Of a stretch of DNA of 32,334 bases, positions 1 to 8,619 are shown piece by piece. The notes below the pieces were generated by a model, which saw nothing but the letters and a program-made list of their open reading frames with translations, ran no database searches and was not told the origin of the DNA. The position numbers and the translations under genes are program-made. The stretch lies in NCBI GenBank assembly GCA_043747615.1, contig JAYTOU010000069.1, forward strand, positions 1 to 32,334. Reading direction: 5' to 3'. This DNA is from Myxococcales bacterium (GTDB lineage: Bacteria; Myxococcota_A; Polyangia; Polyangiales; Polyangiaceae). Every line of letters begins with the position of its first letter. Position 1 is the first letter of the stretch.

Positions 1-99
1 CCCATTCCTCCACGACGTGGGTAGATCGTTGTGGAATCAGGGGGACTCCCGGAGACCATGGGACACCGCGGGACGATCTGGGCGTTCACGATGGTCCGA
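1..99. repeat. 99-bp terminal direct repeat, copy 1 (circular-contig overlap)
   Basis: Bases 1-99 (cccattcctc...atggtccga) are identical to 32236-32334; 99 is a common assembler k-mer length. Confidence 0.95.
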
Positions 100-102
100 T
101 TT

Positions 103-520
103 GGACCACCGCCAACGCGGCTGCGAAAAGTAGCGGTAAGGGCAAGTCGGGCGGGCGCGCCTACTCGGGCGCGGCGAGCTTCTCGAAGTTGTAGCGGCCG
201 CTGACGAGCAGCCGAGCGCGCTGCATCGCGAAGCTGTGGCGCTTGTCGTTGCCTCGGCAGCGGTGAACTTCGACGAGCTCGTCCTGCGAGAGCATCCAGT
301 CGCGGGCGAGCTCGTCGTCGCTCAGGTCAGCGGGGATCATCGTCGGCAGCATGGTGGAGGAGGCCCGCCAAGGCTCGGAATCCGACGACACAGCAGAAGA
401 AGAGGCAGAGGTAGCCCCGGATTAACGTTTTCGTTCCTCTACTCGAGGGCCGAAAAGCCGCGCAGGCCGCCGCCCGTGACCTCTTACCGCTACTTTTCGC
501 AGCGGTGTTGGCGGTGGTCC
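103..520 (-). mobile_element. Tn3-family-derived miniature element (418 bp) bounded by 38-bp inverted repeats
   Basis: 103-140 (ggaccaccgccaacgcggctgcgaaaagtagcggtaag) and the reverse complement of 483-520 match at 36/38 and end internally in TAAG, as Tn3-family IRs do. They enclose an internally deleted transposase. No 5-bp target duplication (gattt vs gaccc). Confidence 0.8.
161..352 (-). pseudogene. tnpA: Internally deleted Tn3-family transposase (DUF4158-like N-terminus joined to a probable extreme C-terminus)
   Basis: DLSDDELARDWMLSQDELVEVHRCRGNDKRHSFAMQ resembles the DUF4158 N-terminus of Tn3 transposases; LVSGRYNF resembles the TnpA C-terminal GxYxF ending; only about 63 aa; lies between the IRs. 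Confidence 0.7.
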
Positions 521-703
521 GACCCGTACGGCCTGGATTCCGTTCACGCTGGACCCACTACCGTAGGTTTTTCAGTCGATGCGGGGGGTGGGCCACTATC
601 TGCGCAAAACCCGTTGCCCACCCCACCGGTTCAGAGTCTGATTTGGAATATCCACCGCTGTGGTCTGATCCTCCCCACTTTCGTGGACACCCCACATTCG
701 GCG

Positions 704-1132
704 CTATTGAGCTTGCGTGTTCTGTATGGCTCGACACGTTCCCATCGCGCAGTCCACCAGCAAGTAGCTCGCCTGCCGTCCGCAGCCCTTGGCACCAAAG
801 GTCTCAATGCTGAGCTGTGAGAGCTGCACTTCAGGCACCGGGCACTTGAGGTCGAACGCGGCTTGTTTAGTAAGCATTGGTGAGATCACGGATCCATAGA
901 CATCCGGGCTGCAGCCGTGGTCGCTGCATCTGACCCAGAACCGAGCGATCTGTCCGCACCCTTCGACGGTGAAGCTGGTCGACTCGGGCTTGTCAGGGGT
1001 AAGCTTCAGCCTGCTCGCATCGCAATTCATCGCGGTCGCGGCGTGCGCCCTCACCGTCTCCAAACCGCTTCCGCCGCACCCCACCATCATCAAGCCGGCA
1101 ACCGCAACCACGGCAAATCTCGCTGAGCTCAT
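704..1132 (-). CDS. Cys-containing lipoprotein with two repeats (AATAMNC / AAFDLKC ... GCG), myxobacterial type
   Basis: ATG at 1132 overlaps the WGR gene stop (ATGA); signal peptide with lipobox-like MMVGC; duplicated AxxxxxC...(V/A)xGCG(Q/R) motif. Confidence 0.75.
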   Translation of the reverse strand: MSSARFAVVAVAGLMMVGCGGSGLETVRAHAATAMNCDASRLKLTPDKPESTSFTVEGCGQIARFWVRCSDHGCSPDVYGSVISPMLTKQAAFDLKCPVPEVQLSQLSIETFGAKGCGRQASYLLVDCAMGTCRAIQNTQAQ

Positions 1133-1644
1133 GACGCCAGGGCCGTCGCCTCGACGAACATCGCCGCAAGCGTGGACGTGTCGACCAGGTCGAGCACCTC
1201 GGGTCGCATCTCGGCCAGATATTCCGAGAGTTTGCGCGTGGCCACGAACCACCGCGCGACGAGCTTTCGCGCCACCACGTCACGCAGGCTCATGCCATGG
1301 GCCTCAACGATTTCACTCGCGGCCGAGACGCCGATCACTTCCGGAGTTCGACGCGTCCGACCGCCACCTCGCCGGTTGCGCGTCGTCGGCGTGGCCAAAG
1401 GGCTTCCCACAACGACGACGTAGCCGCGTCGTCGGCGTCGCGCGAGTAGCTCGTCGCGCCGTTTTTCAAGCGCCGACGGATCCACGAACGTCTCCGTGCG
1501 CTCCCTCATGCGCCGATTGCCGATGCGACCCCAAGCAATCTTGAGACACAGCTCGCCGAAGAGCGTTCGAGCCTCGCTGATGCCGTAGAGACGGAAGCGA
1601 TTCTTTGTCGGATCCACGAGTCGAAGTTCCATGTCGGTGTTCAT
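1129..1644 (-). CDS. WGR-domain protein with an additional C-terminal helical domain (paralog 1)
   Basis: LVDPTKNRFRLY...TLFGELCLKIAWGRIG...RRRRGY is the WGR signature; coupled to the resolvase by an ATGA overlap. Confidence 0.85.
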   Translation of the reverse strand: MNTDMELRLVDPTKNRFRLYGISEARTLFGELCLKIAWGRIGNRRMRERTETFVDPSALEKRRDELLARRRRRGYVVVVGSPLATPTTRNRRGGGRTRRTPEVIGVSAASEIVEAHGMSLRDVVARKLVARWFVATRKLSEYLAEMRPEVLDLVDTSTLAAMFVEATALAS

Positions 1645-2300
1645 GCGGCCCTCCTTGATTTCTTCGTAACAGTCCCGGATGTCTTCACGGCCGACTTCTT
1701 CTCGGCCTTGGATGCAACGTTCCTCGCGGACGGCTTCACATCCGGGGTCGGCTTCGCGGAGACGTAGCGGTAAAGTGTGGCGATGGAGATCCCGAGCGTG
1801 CGGGCAATCTCGCGCGGTGCATTGTTCTTGTCCTTGAAGAGCGAGTGCGCGTGGGCGAGGTCCTTCCCCTCGAGCACACGGGGTCGGCCGCCGAGTCGTC
1901 CGCGAGCACGAGCAGCACTCAAGCCCGCGTTCGTGCGCTCACGGATGATGTCACGTTCGAACTCCGCGAGGGCGCCGAAGACGTGGAAGATGAGCTTCCC
2001 GCCGCTCGTCGTCGTGTCGATGCTCTCCTGCAAACTGCGAAACCCCACCTTGCGCGCTTGTAGCTCGCGCACCGTTTCGATCAGATGACCGAGCGAGCGA
2101 CCAAACCTGTCCAGTCTCCAAACGACGATCGTGTCGCCGCGGCGCGCGAACGTGGTCGCCTTCGTGAAACCAGGACGCTCGGAGCGCGAGCCGCTCGCAA
2201 CGTCGGTGAAGATCTTCTTGCAGCCTGCCTTCTTCAACGCGTCGCGCTGGAGATTCAGGCTTTGATCCTGCGTGGAGACGCGCGCGTAACCGAGAAGCAT
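1641..2300 (-). CDS. Serine recombinase (resolvase/invertase family) with C-terminal HTH
   Basis: GYARVST, QRDAL, VVWRLDRFGRS, FGALAEFERDIIRERT, GRLGGRP motifs and HTH EIARTLGISIATLYRY. Confidence 0.95.
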   Translation of the reverse strand: MLLGYARVSTQDQSLNLQRDALKKAGCKKIFTDVASGSRSERPGFTKATTFARRGDTIVVWRLDRFGRSLGHLIETVRELQARKVGFRSLQESIDTTTSGGKLIFHVFGALAEFERDIIRERTNAGLSAARARGRLGGRPRVLEGKDLAHAHSLFKDKNNAPREIARTLGISIATLYRYVSAKPTPDVKPSARNVASKAEKKSAVKTSGTVTKKSRRAA

Positions 2301-2313
2301 CGTGCGCCGTACA

Positions 2314-2447
2314 ATCTCAAAACGCGTCGCAGATGGAAAGTAAAAAGAACCTGTTTTTGAGATGGGTTGAGCGCTCGATTTAAGCCATTTTTCGTGCCAG
2401 CGCGCGACGCGTTTGCCGGTATCTCAAAAACGACCGATTATGCGACA
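2314..2447. promoter_or_regulatory. Putative res site and resolvase promoter
   Basis: AT-rich segment directly upstream of the resolvase with atctcaaaa (2314-2322), inverted ttttgagat (2355-2363) and atctcaaaaa...ttatgcgaca (2421-2447). Confidence 0.6.
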
Positions 2448-2514
2448 GGTCGACGCAACGACCGCGAGCGGCTCCGCGTACGATATTTACGAGGCGGCGC
2501 GGATGGATGGCGCG

Positions 2515-3852
2515 TTACCGGCGGTCGGACGTCCACTCGTTGAGGACGGCCGCGATCGTCGGATGAAAACTGTCGACGTTCGCATAGTGAAGGTCGTCGA
2601 CGCAGCCAATGAAGGCTTCATGGGCGGCATCGATCTTGATGTCGAGTGCGACGCGTTCGGCGACATCGTCCGCCATGCCCCGCCCGCAGAGAGCGACGAC
2701 GCGGCGCATGACCGCGAACCGATGGTGCGAGCTTCCGACGATCGCCATTGAAACCGCGGCGAGAGATTTCTCGGTCAGACCTCCGACATCAAAGATCGCC
2801 TCCAGGCGCGGTGGGATCACATCGCAAAACTCCCAGGGGAACGCTCCGCGCGTCCATGTGCTGTAAGCGTCTACGAGTGCTCCCCACAGGCCGTCGTCGA
2901 TGCCCTTCAGCGCCCGCAATTTCTCGGCGTCGATATGGGCAGCCAGACGGTGGTGTCCCCAGATGGACTCGGCCTCCTTTCCGTTGTCGTCATGGAGGTA
3001 CGACACGAAAGACGACAAGCGCTCCGGTGTCCACGCGGGCAGGTCACTTAGTGCTGCGATCCAGGCGTCGCCTTCGGGGTCAGGGGGCGGCGCCGCATCC
3101 TTCGAGACCGCAAGCACGGCGACTAGCGCGCCGCGCAGTGCGTCGATCGACGTGTATCGCTTCTTCGGATCGACGTCGGTGCAACGCTCGATCACCTTGC
3201 CAATGCGACCCTTCGCAGTCTGACGTCCGTAGGGCACTCGGTGTCGAGGACGGCCGAAGATGTCGTGTAAAATACAGCCAAAAGCGTAGATATCGGTCGC
3301 AGCCGTCGCGCTCCGAAAGGCCTGCTTCTGTTCGGGGGCGCAGTACCACTCCGTACCCCACGTCGTGTTCGTCGACGTCGCGCGGGTGTCCGACGTGGAA
3401 CTGGCGAGCACGAGGCCGAAGTCGGCGATCTTCCACGTTCCGTCGAGAAACAGGATGTTCTGCGGCTTGAGATCGCGGTGCACGAACCCAAGGCGGTGCA
3501 GTTCGGCGAGACCGTTCAGGATGTCGAGCAACGCCGACGTCGGCGTTTCCGCGCTCTTATGGGTCGACACGATCTCCGTTTCGAAGTTCTTTTCGGACAG
3601 TGGCATCGTGTACCAGGGCGGATCCGCTGCCAGGTCTGATGAGAGCACCGAGACGAAATGGTCCGCGGAAAGCTGCGACTGGACGCGCACCTCGCGCTGA
3701 AAGCGCGCGAGCTGTTTCTTTCGATCGATCTCGGTCTCGACGAACTCCGGCTTCGGATCGAACGTCTTGCGAGCGACGACCGTGCCGTCGGGCATTTCGA
3801 CGCGCTCTACGTGACCGATCGCTCCCCGAGCTATTTCCAATGCGAACTTCAT
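2515..3852 (-). CDS. Soluble Hanks-type Ser/Thr protein kinase with C-terminal helical domain (possible defence kinase)
   Basis: VARK, HRDLKPQN, DFG, GTEWYCAPE and DIYAFG motifs; no transmembrane segment; ATG at 3852 preferred over the upstream GTG. Confidence 0.9.
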   Translation of the reverse strand: MKFALEIARGAIGHVERVEMPDGTVVARKTFDPKPEFVETEIDRKKQLARFQREVRVQSQLSADHFVSVLSSDLAADPPWYTMPLSEKNFETEIVSTHKSAETPTSALLDILNGLAELHRLGFVHRDLKPQNILFLDGTWKIADFGLVLASSTSDTRATSTNTTWGTEWYCAPEQKQAFRSATAATDIYAFGCILHDIFGRPRHRVPYGRQTAKGRIGKVIERCTDVDPKKRYTSIDALRGALVAVLAVSKDAAPPPDPEGDAWIAALSDLPAWTPERLSSFVSYLHDDNGKEAESIWGHHRLAAHIDAEKLRALKGIDDGLWGALVDAYSTWTRGAFPWEFCDVIPPRLEAIFDVGGLTEKSLAAVSMAIVGSSHHRFAVMRRVVALCGRGMADDVAERVALDIKIDAAHEAFIGCVDDLHYANVDSFHPTIAAVLNEWTSDRR

Positions 3853-3921
3853 CCGGCCATCGCACCACACCTGGCCTCGGGCGCAAGGGCGCACAGTCGA
3901 AAACACTGCGTCAGCCTTAGA

Positions 3922-4362
3922 TCAACGAGACGCACCCTCCGCGTGCTTCGCAAGCTGGCGGGCTCGAGCGACGCCGAACAAGAACACGCCAAACAGGGCC
4001 ACGGTCGTTCTCTCCGTAAGACTCGGGACCTCCGTGGCCCAAGAAAACTGGGGTCCCAGCGCTGAAATGACGACCGAGCTTCCGCAAATGGCGACGACCA
4101 CGAGTGCGAGATTGCTCGTCGCCATGGTGAGCGTGCTTCGATCGCTTCCCAGCGGAACGGCCTTGTCAAACGCGCTCACGGACGCGCGAAGCGCAACGAA
4201 CGAGAAGGCGAGCCATGCCGAGATAATTAAGAGAGGTCCCACCATCGCGGTGAAAAAAGGCGCGTGCGTACCCCCGAGTTTCCAAACGATCGCGTACGGC
4301 AGGACCATCGCTAACGAGCACCACGGGAATATGGTCATGGCGGAGCGGAGAAGCGTTTTCAT
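3922..4362 (-). CDS. Hypothetical membrane protein (about 4 TM helices)
   Basis: Several hydrophobic stretches in the ORF; start uncertain (ORF is open to 4437). Confidence 0.55.
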   Translation of the reverse strand: MKTLLRSAMTIFPWCSLAMVLPYAIVWKLGGTHAPFFTAMVGPLLIISAWLAFSFVALRASVSAFDKAVPLGSDRSTLTMATSNLALVVVAICGSSVVISALGPQFSWATEVPSLTERTTVALFGVFLFGVARARQLAKHAEGASR

Positions 4363-4485
4363 GGTGCCTCGGGGGGCTAGAGAGGAGGAGTAAACGCTGT
4401 TCGGGACGGCTTCCCGCAGCTTCATCCTGTCGGCCAACGGCTCCGCGTGGTTGTGCGAAATCGACGTGGCGCCCGAGCGGCCGCG

Positions 4486-4812
4486 TCAGTGGATCTCGGG
4501 GGCCTCGTAACTACGACCGAGCCACTCGTCGACGGCGTCCGGTCCTTGCAGCACCGCGACGACAAGCGCGCAGATCGCTACGCTTGGTTCGAACGGGATC
4601 ATCTCGGCCAGCCGTAGCGATCCCTCACCATTCCAAAAAGCGAACGCCGCCAAAAGCACGATCCGCTCGGCGCTCGAGAGGTTGCCTCCATCGCCAGCGA
4701 GAAGCTCGAGGGCGGCAGGTGTTGGTCGAAGGTTCGTCCAAAGCTTCTCGAGGCTCACCATCGCGAGAAGCGCGCGGCAAGCGCGGCCCATTTGATCCTC
4801 GTCGCGGAACAT
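4486..4812 (-). CDS. Hypothetical helical protein
   Basis: 108-aa ATG ORF with globular composition, co-oriented with its neighbours. Confidence 0.65.
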   Translation of the reverse strand: MFRDEDQMGRACRALLAMVSLEKLWTNLRPTPAALELLAGDGGNLSSAERIVLLAAFAFWNGEGSLRLAEMIPFEPSVAICALVVAVLQGPDAVDEWLGRSYEAPEIH

Positions 4813-5093
4813 GGCGGTTAGCGTAGCTCACGCGCCGCTAGGCCTGGCGACCGAGATGCCATACGGCGATCTTGAGGCGACATTCCTACGCAGAGAGCAG
4901 CAGCGGATTTGCACTATGTCGCTCGCGCGCGCCGAATGAGCGACTTTCGCCGCGGCGAGAGCGAGAGCGAGAGCCAGCGCCGCCTCCCTTCATCGTCATC
5001 GGTGATGATTAGCGAAACATTTGGAGCGCACCAAAAACGCAGGCGTCCGCCGGGTTGAGTGTTCGGGAGACCCTAGCTGCACGCGCATCGGCC

Positions 5094-5231
5094 TCATGAC
5101 AGGTCCTGCATGTCCGCGGCTTGGTCCACTTTGCCCGTAGTGCCGTTGGGGCCGGCGGGACCGGGGTTTCCCAGCAGATCGTCGCCGCCCGCAGCGCCGG
5201 TTCCCGCTCCGCCGAGAGACGTGCGTGCCAT
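5094..5231 (-). pseudogene. Orphan Gly-rich C-terminal fragment resembling the end of the upstream PGRS-like protein
   Basis: TSLGGAGTGAAGG...GPAGPNG...AADMQDLS* parallels ITLGGAGAAGAGG...DGKPGLAAPVQDATLL* of 5248-6777. Confidence 0.45.
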
Positions 5232-5247
5232 CACAGAGCTTTGTGGC

Positions 5248-6777
5248 TCATAAGAGCGTCGCATCCTGCACGGGTGCCGCGAGGCCTGGCTTGCCATCGA
5301 GCGCCGGCGTTTTGCCGCCTGCACCTGCGGCCCCGGCGCCACCGAGCGTGATCGCCGCCGTCGTTCCTGGGTCCACGGTGGGCTTGGTGCCCGAGTAGAG
5401 CACTCCTACGGCGATGCCTCCGGAGCCTCCGGAGCCCGCACCCCCGTTGCCACCCGCGCCTCCGTTGCCCCCCTGACATCCGGCGCCGGTCGCATTGCCG
5501 TGCAAGCCCCCGGTCTGTCCCGTGCCCCCGCCCGCGCTGCCGCCTCCATCGCCCGCTTTCTTCGTGCTCAGAGTGGAGGCGTTGACCGTGACCGTGCTCG
5601 AGAGAACGGCGAGCGCAATGCTCGCTCCTCCTCCGGTCCCACCCGCGCCGCCGCTCGCTCCGCAACCTCCGCACGCACCGCCGCCCCCTTGGGCCCCCGC
5701 CGCAACGCTGCCCCCGCCGCCGCCGCCCTGACCGGGGGCACCGCTCACGCCCGTGGTGCCGTTCGCGGGATGCCAGCCGGTAGCGTCGAACTTCCCCGAC
5801 GACGTCAGTTTTGGTGCGTCTCCGCCCACGGGCGCATCGGAGCCATTTCGGCCACCTATCGAGGATGGGCATTCCAGGGCGGTGCCTCCCTTCCCGGTTG
5901 CCGTCGCGGGACTCGGCGTGACTTGGGCCACCTTCCCGTCGTTACCGTTGCCCATCAGACCAACACCGCCGACTCCTCCTGTGGTTGTTCCGCCGTTCGA
6001 ACACGTGCACGCCTTGTCGAAGACACTTCCGGTTCCGCCCCCAACAATTCCACTCAGATCGGCGGGTGTCGGCGTCCCCACTGCGCCCGCGGTCCCGCTC
6101 GTCCCCGTCACACCAGTGCCCGCCGCGAGGACCACACGCTTGAACGTGATGCCGATCGACCCCGTAACCAGCGCCGCGATGCTCGAGTCCCCTGGCGCGG
6201 TGCCATTCGGGGCATCCACTTCGAGATCCTCAAACGACGCTGCTTTCGTGAAACCCGTGATCTTGAGCGCCGGCGGCGCCGCTGCGCTCGCTGCTGGCGC
6301 GATCTTCACCGACTTGCTCGCGAACGCCCAGCTCGTGCAGTCGAAACCGCCATAGATGCTCACACCATCGTGGGTCGCATCCAGCGAGATCGCCGCCGGG
6401 TAGGCGCCTTCGCAGACGTACACGCGCGACTTCGCGGAGGTCGTCAGCGACACCGCGTGCGCGATCGTCGCCACTGGAAGCGCCTTCGTCCCGGCGCCCG
6501 TCGCATCGCTTCCTGTTGGCGAGACGAAGACACCAAGGGTGTCGTCCACGCACGCCGGCGAGTCTTTCGGGTCCGCATCGCACCCAGGGGGGGCTACGTC
6601 GCCTCCGCCGCCGTCTCCGGGGCCGCCATCCAAAGCGCTCCCGTCGCCACCTTCCGCACCACCATCCGGGACGGCGCATGTTTCTGTATCCGTGCACGAG
6701 GACGACCAGCACCCGGGCAAGTTCGCGATCAGCGCTGCCGCCCCCAACATCGTCCCTAGAATCAAGAAAGTACGCAT
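5248..6777 (-). CDS. Gly-rich PGRS-like lipoprotein with a DUF1565-like/beta-helix N-terminal domain
   Basis: Lipobox-like LPGC; VFVSPTGSD...GTKALPVATI...VYVCEGAY...IYGGFDC motif; long GGxGG-rich C-terminal region of the kind common in Polyangiales. Confidence 0.85.
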   Translation of the reverse strand: MRTFLILGTMLGAAALIANLPGCWSSSCTDTETCAVPDGGAEGGDGSALDGGPGDGGGGDVAPPGCDADPKDSPACVDDTLGVFVSPTGSDATGAGTKALPVATIAHAVSLTTSAKSRVYVCEGAYPAAISLDATHDGVSIYGGFDCTSWAFASKSVKIAPAASAAAPPALKITGFTKAASFEDLEVDAPNGTAPGDSSIAALVTGSIGITFKRVVLAAGTGVTGTSGTAGAVGTPTPADLSGIVGGGTGSVFDKACTCSNGGTTTGGVGGVGLMGNGNDGKVAQVTPSPATATGKGGTALECPSSIGGRNGSDAPVGGDAPKLTSSGKFDATGWHPANGTTGVSGAPGQGGGGGGSVAAGAQGGGGACGGCGASGGAGGTGGGASIALAVLSSTVTVNASTLSTKKAGDGGGSAGGGTGQTGGLHGNATGAGCQGGNGGAGGNGGAGSGGSGGIAVGVLYSGTKPTVDPGTTAAITLGGAGAAGAGGKTPALDGKPGLAAPVQDATLL

Positions 6778-6789
6778 GCCGATCTCCTT

Positions 6790-7779
6790 CTAAAAGCGTC
6801 CGTTTACCATCAAGCCAGATCCCCCGAGGACGAGCGGAGTCACTGAAATCTGCGCGCCGGTGGCATGGTGCTTCGGCCACAGCACCATCGCCGCGATTCC
6901 GCCTCCGACAAGTGCGAAGCTCGTCACGCCGAAGACGATCGCCAAGTTCCTGTCCTGCACCTTTGCCGCGTCCGCGTTCGTTGCCGCGCTGCACAGCGAA
7001 TCGCTCGGCGAGGCCGCGCATTTCGAGCCCGTGGGATCGCTCGGATCTCGCTGCTGACTCTCGACGTTCGCTTGATGCGATGAGCCGAGGGCGAAGCCGA
7101 TCGCCGTGGCGCCAGAGACAGCTCCGACGCCGATCAACGTGAGCCCAACCCATGTGCCTGTCGATCCACCACCGGTGGTGGGCTCGGCGGGAGGATATTG
7201 CGTTCGCTCGACTGGCACCGCAGGGGTCTGGTTCGGCGTCGCAGCAGACTGCGTGTCGAAAACTAGCCGCACCGATGTCTTCGCACCCGCGGCCGCCTCG
7301 ATATCCGCGGCCTCCACCTTGTCGAGCAGCTTCCCCTCCACGTGATGCTTGCCGGGGAGCACGTCCACCGATCCATCCGCATCGCGTTCGATCGATGACC
7401 CGTCGAGCGAAAGACTCGTGCCTTTCGCCGCATCGATGACGAGGTGACCCGTTTTCCCTTCAAGGTCGGCAAGGAATGGTTTCGCGTTCGCCTGGTCGGC
7501 CGCCGTCGCTGCGGGGAGCCTGAGGTATTTCTTGAAATGCTGAAGCGCATCGAGTGCGTGCCCAGATTTCGTCTCGCTCAGAGCCAGATCCCACAAGAAT
7601 TTGGGCTCGGGATTGAGCGCGTACGCCTGCAAGAACGACTGGCGTGCGCCTTCGAAATCGCTCTTGGCGAACGCCCGTTTCCCTTCGTTGTGCCGCTGAT
7701 CAGCCTGACTTTCAGCCTGCGCCGTGGCCGAGGCGAGCATGATCACGACGGCCGCCGCAAAGGATCTCGCGAGTCTCAT
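6790..7779 (-). CDS. TPR + PEGA-like exported/membrane protein
   Basis: Signal peptide; TPR-like EGKRAF...FLQAYAL...LALSE; PEGA-like GHLVID...LDG...VLPGKHHVE; two C-terminal hydrophobic helices and a terminal GRF. Confidence 0.85.
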   Translation of the reverse strand: MRLARSFAAAVVIMLASATAQAESQADQRHNEGKRAFAKSDFEGARQSFLQAYALNPEPKFLWDLALSETKSGHALDALQHFKKYLRLPAATAADQANAKPFLADLEGKTGHLVIDAAKGTSLSLDGSSIERDADGSVDVLPGKHHVEGKLLDKVEAADIEAAAGAKTSVRLVFDTQSAATPNQTPAVPVERTQYPPAEPTTGGGSTGTWVGLTLIGVGAVSGATAIGFALGSSHQANVESQQRDPSDPTGSKCAASPSDSLCSAATNADAAKVQDRNLAIVFGVTSFALVGGGIAAMVLWPKHHATGAQISVTPLVLGGSGLMVNGRF

Positions 7780-8564
7780 TTGATCAGCTCGTTCTCTGGG
7801 GGCGGCTTCGTAGTGTCCGCGGAGGGAATGGGAGGCTTCGGAGGAGGGAGCGGTGCATGCTTGGGCGCGAGGCGCTCTGGTTCGATCTTGCGAAGGGCAG
7901 GACTGTGCACCGCGCTGGCCTCCGGCGGCGCGATCAGCGTGGGTGACGAAACGGGAGCAATCGGCGCGGCCGCTGGCTCACGCGCCGCTGCGACGCTCGG
8001 CCGCGGCGGAGGACTCGAGATGCTCGCGGACGCTGGCGCCGCGGCACCTTCGTTCGAGGCCCGCCGATTCAGAAGAAGCACTCCAACCGCCCCGAAAATA
8101 AGTACGGCGAGAGCGACCCAAGCGAGTCGCGGCGAGCGCACGGGCAAACGTGGAGCCTCCGACTCGTACGCCGACGCCGGCTCGTCGCTCAGTGGACCGC
8201 CAGACTTTCCTGGCGCATGGGGAAGTCGCAATGTGGGCTCGTGGCGCGCATCGGGAGGCGGAATCACCGCAGCCTCGAACCCGGGCTGCGTGTCCCTCGA
8301 CATCGGCGCCGCCCTCGGTCCCGCGTGGTAGGCGGCCGCGAGATCGCCTTTCGTTTCCGCGCGAATGACCGGCTCTATTCTTAGATTTGGCGGCGGGTCG
8401 CGCCGTGTGCGCGCGCCAAGCCCGGCCATGATCCTTTTCATGAGTTCCGGGTCGACCTCGCCCGAGGGTGCGGTCAAGCCAGGATCCGCGTTCGGAACCG
8501 TGTCCGCCGTCGAGTCGCTCGCGGACAAGGGCCCGTCCGGATCTGTGTCGCTCGTTTCTTTCAT
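7776..8564 (-). CDS. Pro/Ala-rich single-pass membrane protein
   Basis: ATG at 8564; TM segment LAWVALAVLIFGAVGVLLL; stop overlaps the PEGA gene start (ATGA). Confidence 0.7.
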   Translation of the reverse strand: MKETSDTDPDGPLSASDSTADTVPNADPGLTAPSGEVDPELMKRIMAGLGARTRRDPPPNLRIEPVIRAETKGDLAAAYHAGPRAAPMSRDTQPGFEAAVIPPPDARHEPTLRLPHAPGKSGGPLSDEPASAYESEAPRLPVRSPRLAWVALAVLIFGAVGVLLLNRRASNEGAAAPASASISSPPPRPSVAAAREPAAAPIAPVSSPTLIAPPEASAVHSPALRKIEPERLAPKHAPLPPPKPPIPSADTTKPPPENELIK

Positions 8565-8619
8565 CGTCCTTGCCCGCAAAGCATAGTCCCCAAAGCCCTC
8601 CTCCAAGGCCAAGAACGCG

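Noticed and set aside
421..440. attaacgttttcgttcc resembling the inner end of the canonical Tn3 IR
   Set aside because: Short, no partner copy, and it lies inside the better-supported 38-bp IR pair; may be a promoter or chance.
1641..2300. Resolvase as the integrase of the element or part of an intact Tn3 transposon
   Set aside because: It is a small serine recombinase lacking the large recombinase/zinc-ribbon domains, it lies outside the IR pair, and no full tnpA is present.
4950..4980. Short gcgaga tandem repeat
   Set aside because: Only three units in GC-rich intergenic DNA, with no supporting context.
5231..7153. Long alternative-frame ORFs (5500-6759 +, 5231-5872 -, 6230-7153 -)
   Set aside because: Arg/Pro-rich shadow frames of the GC-rich PGRS-like and PEGA genes.
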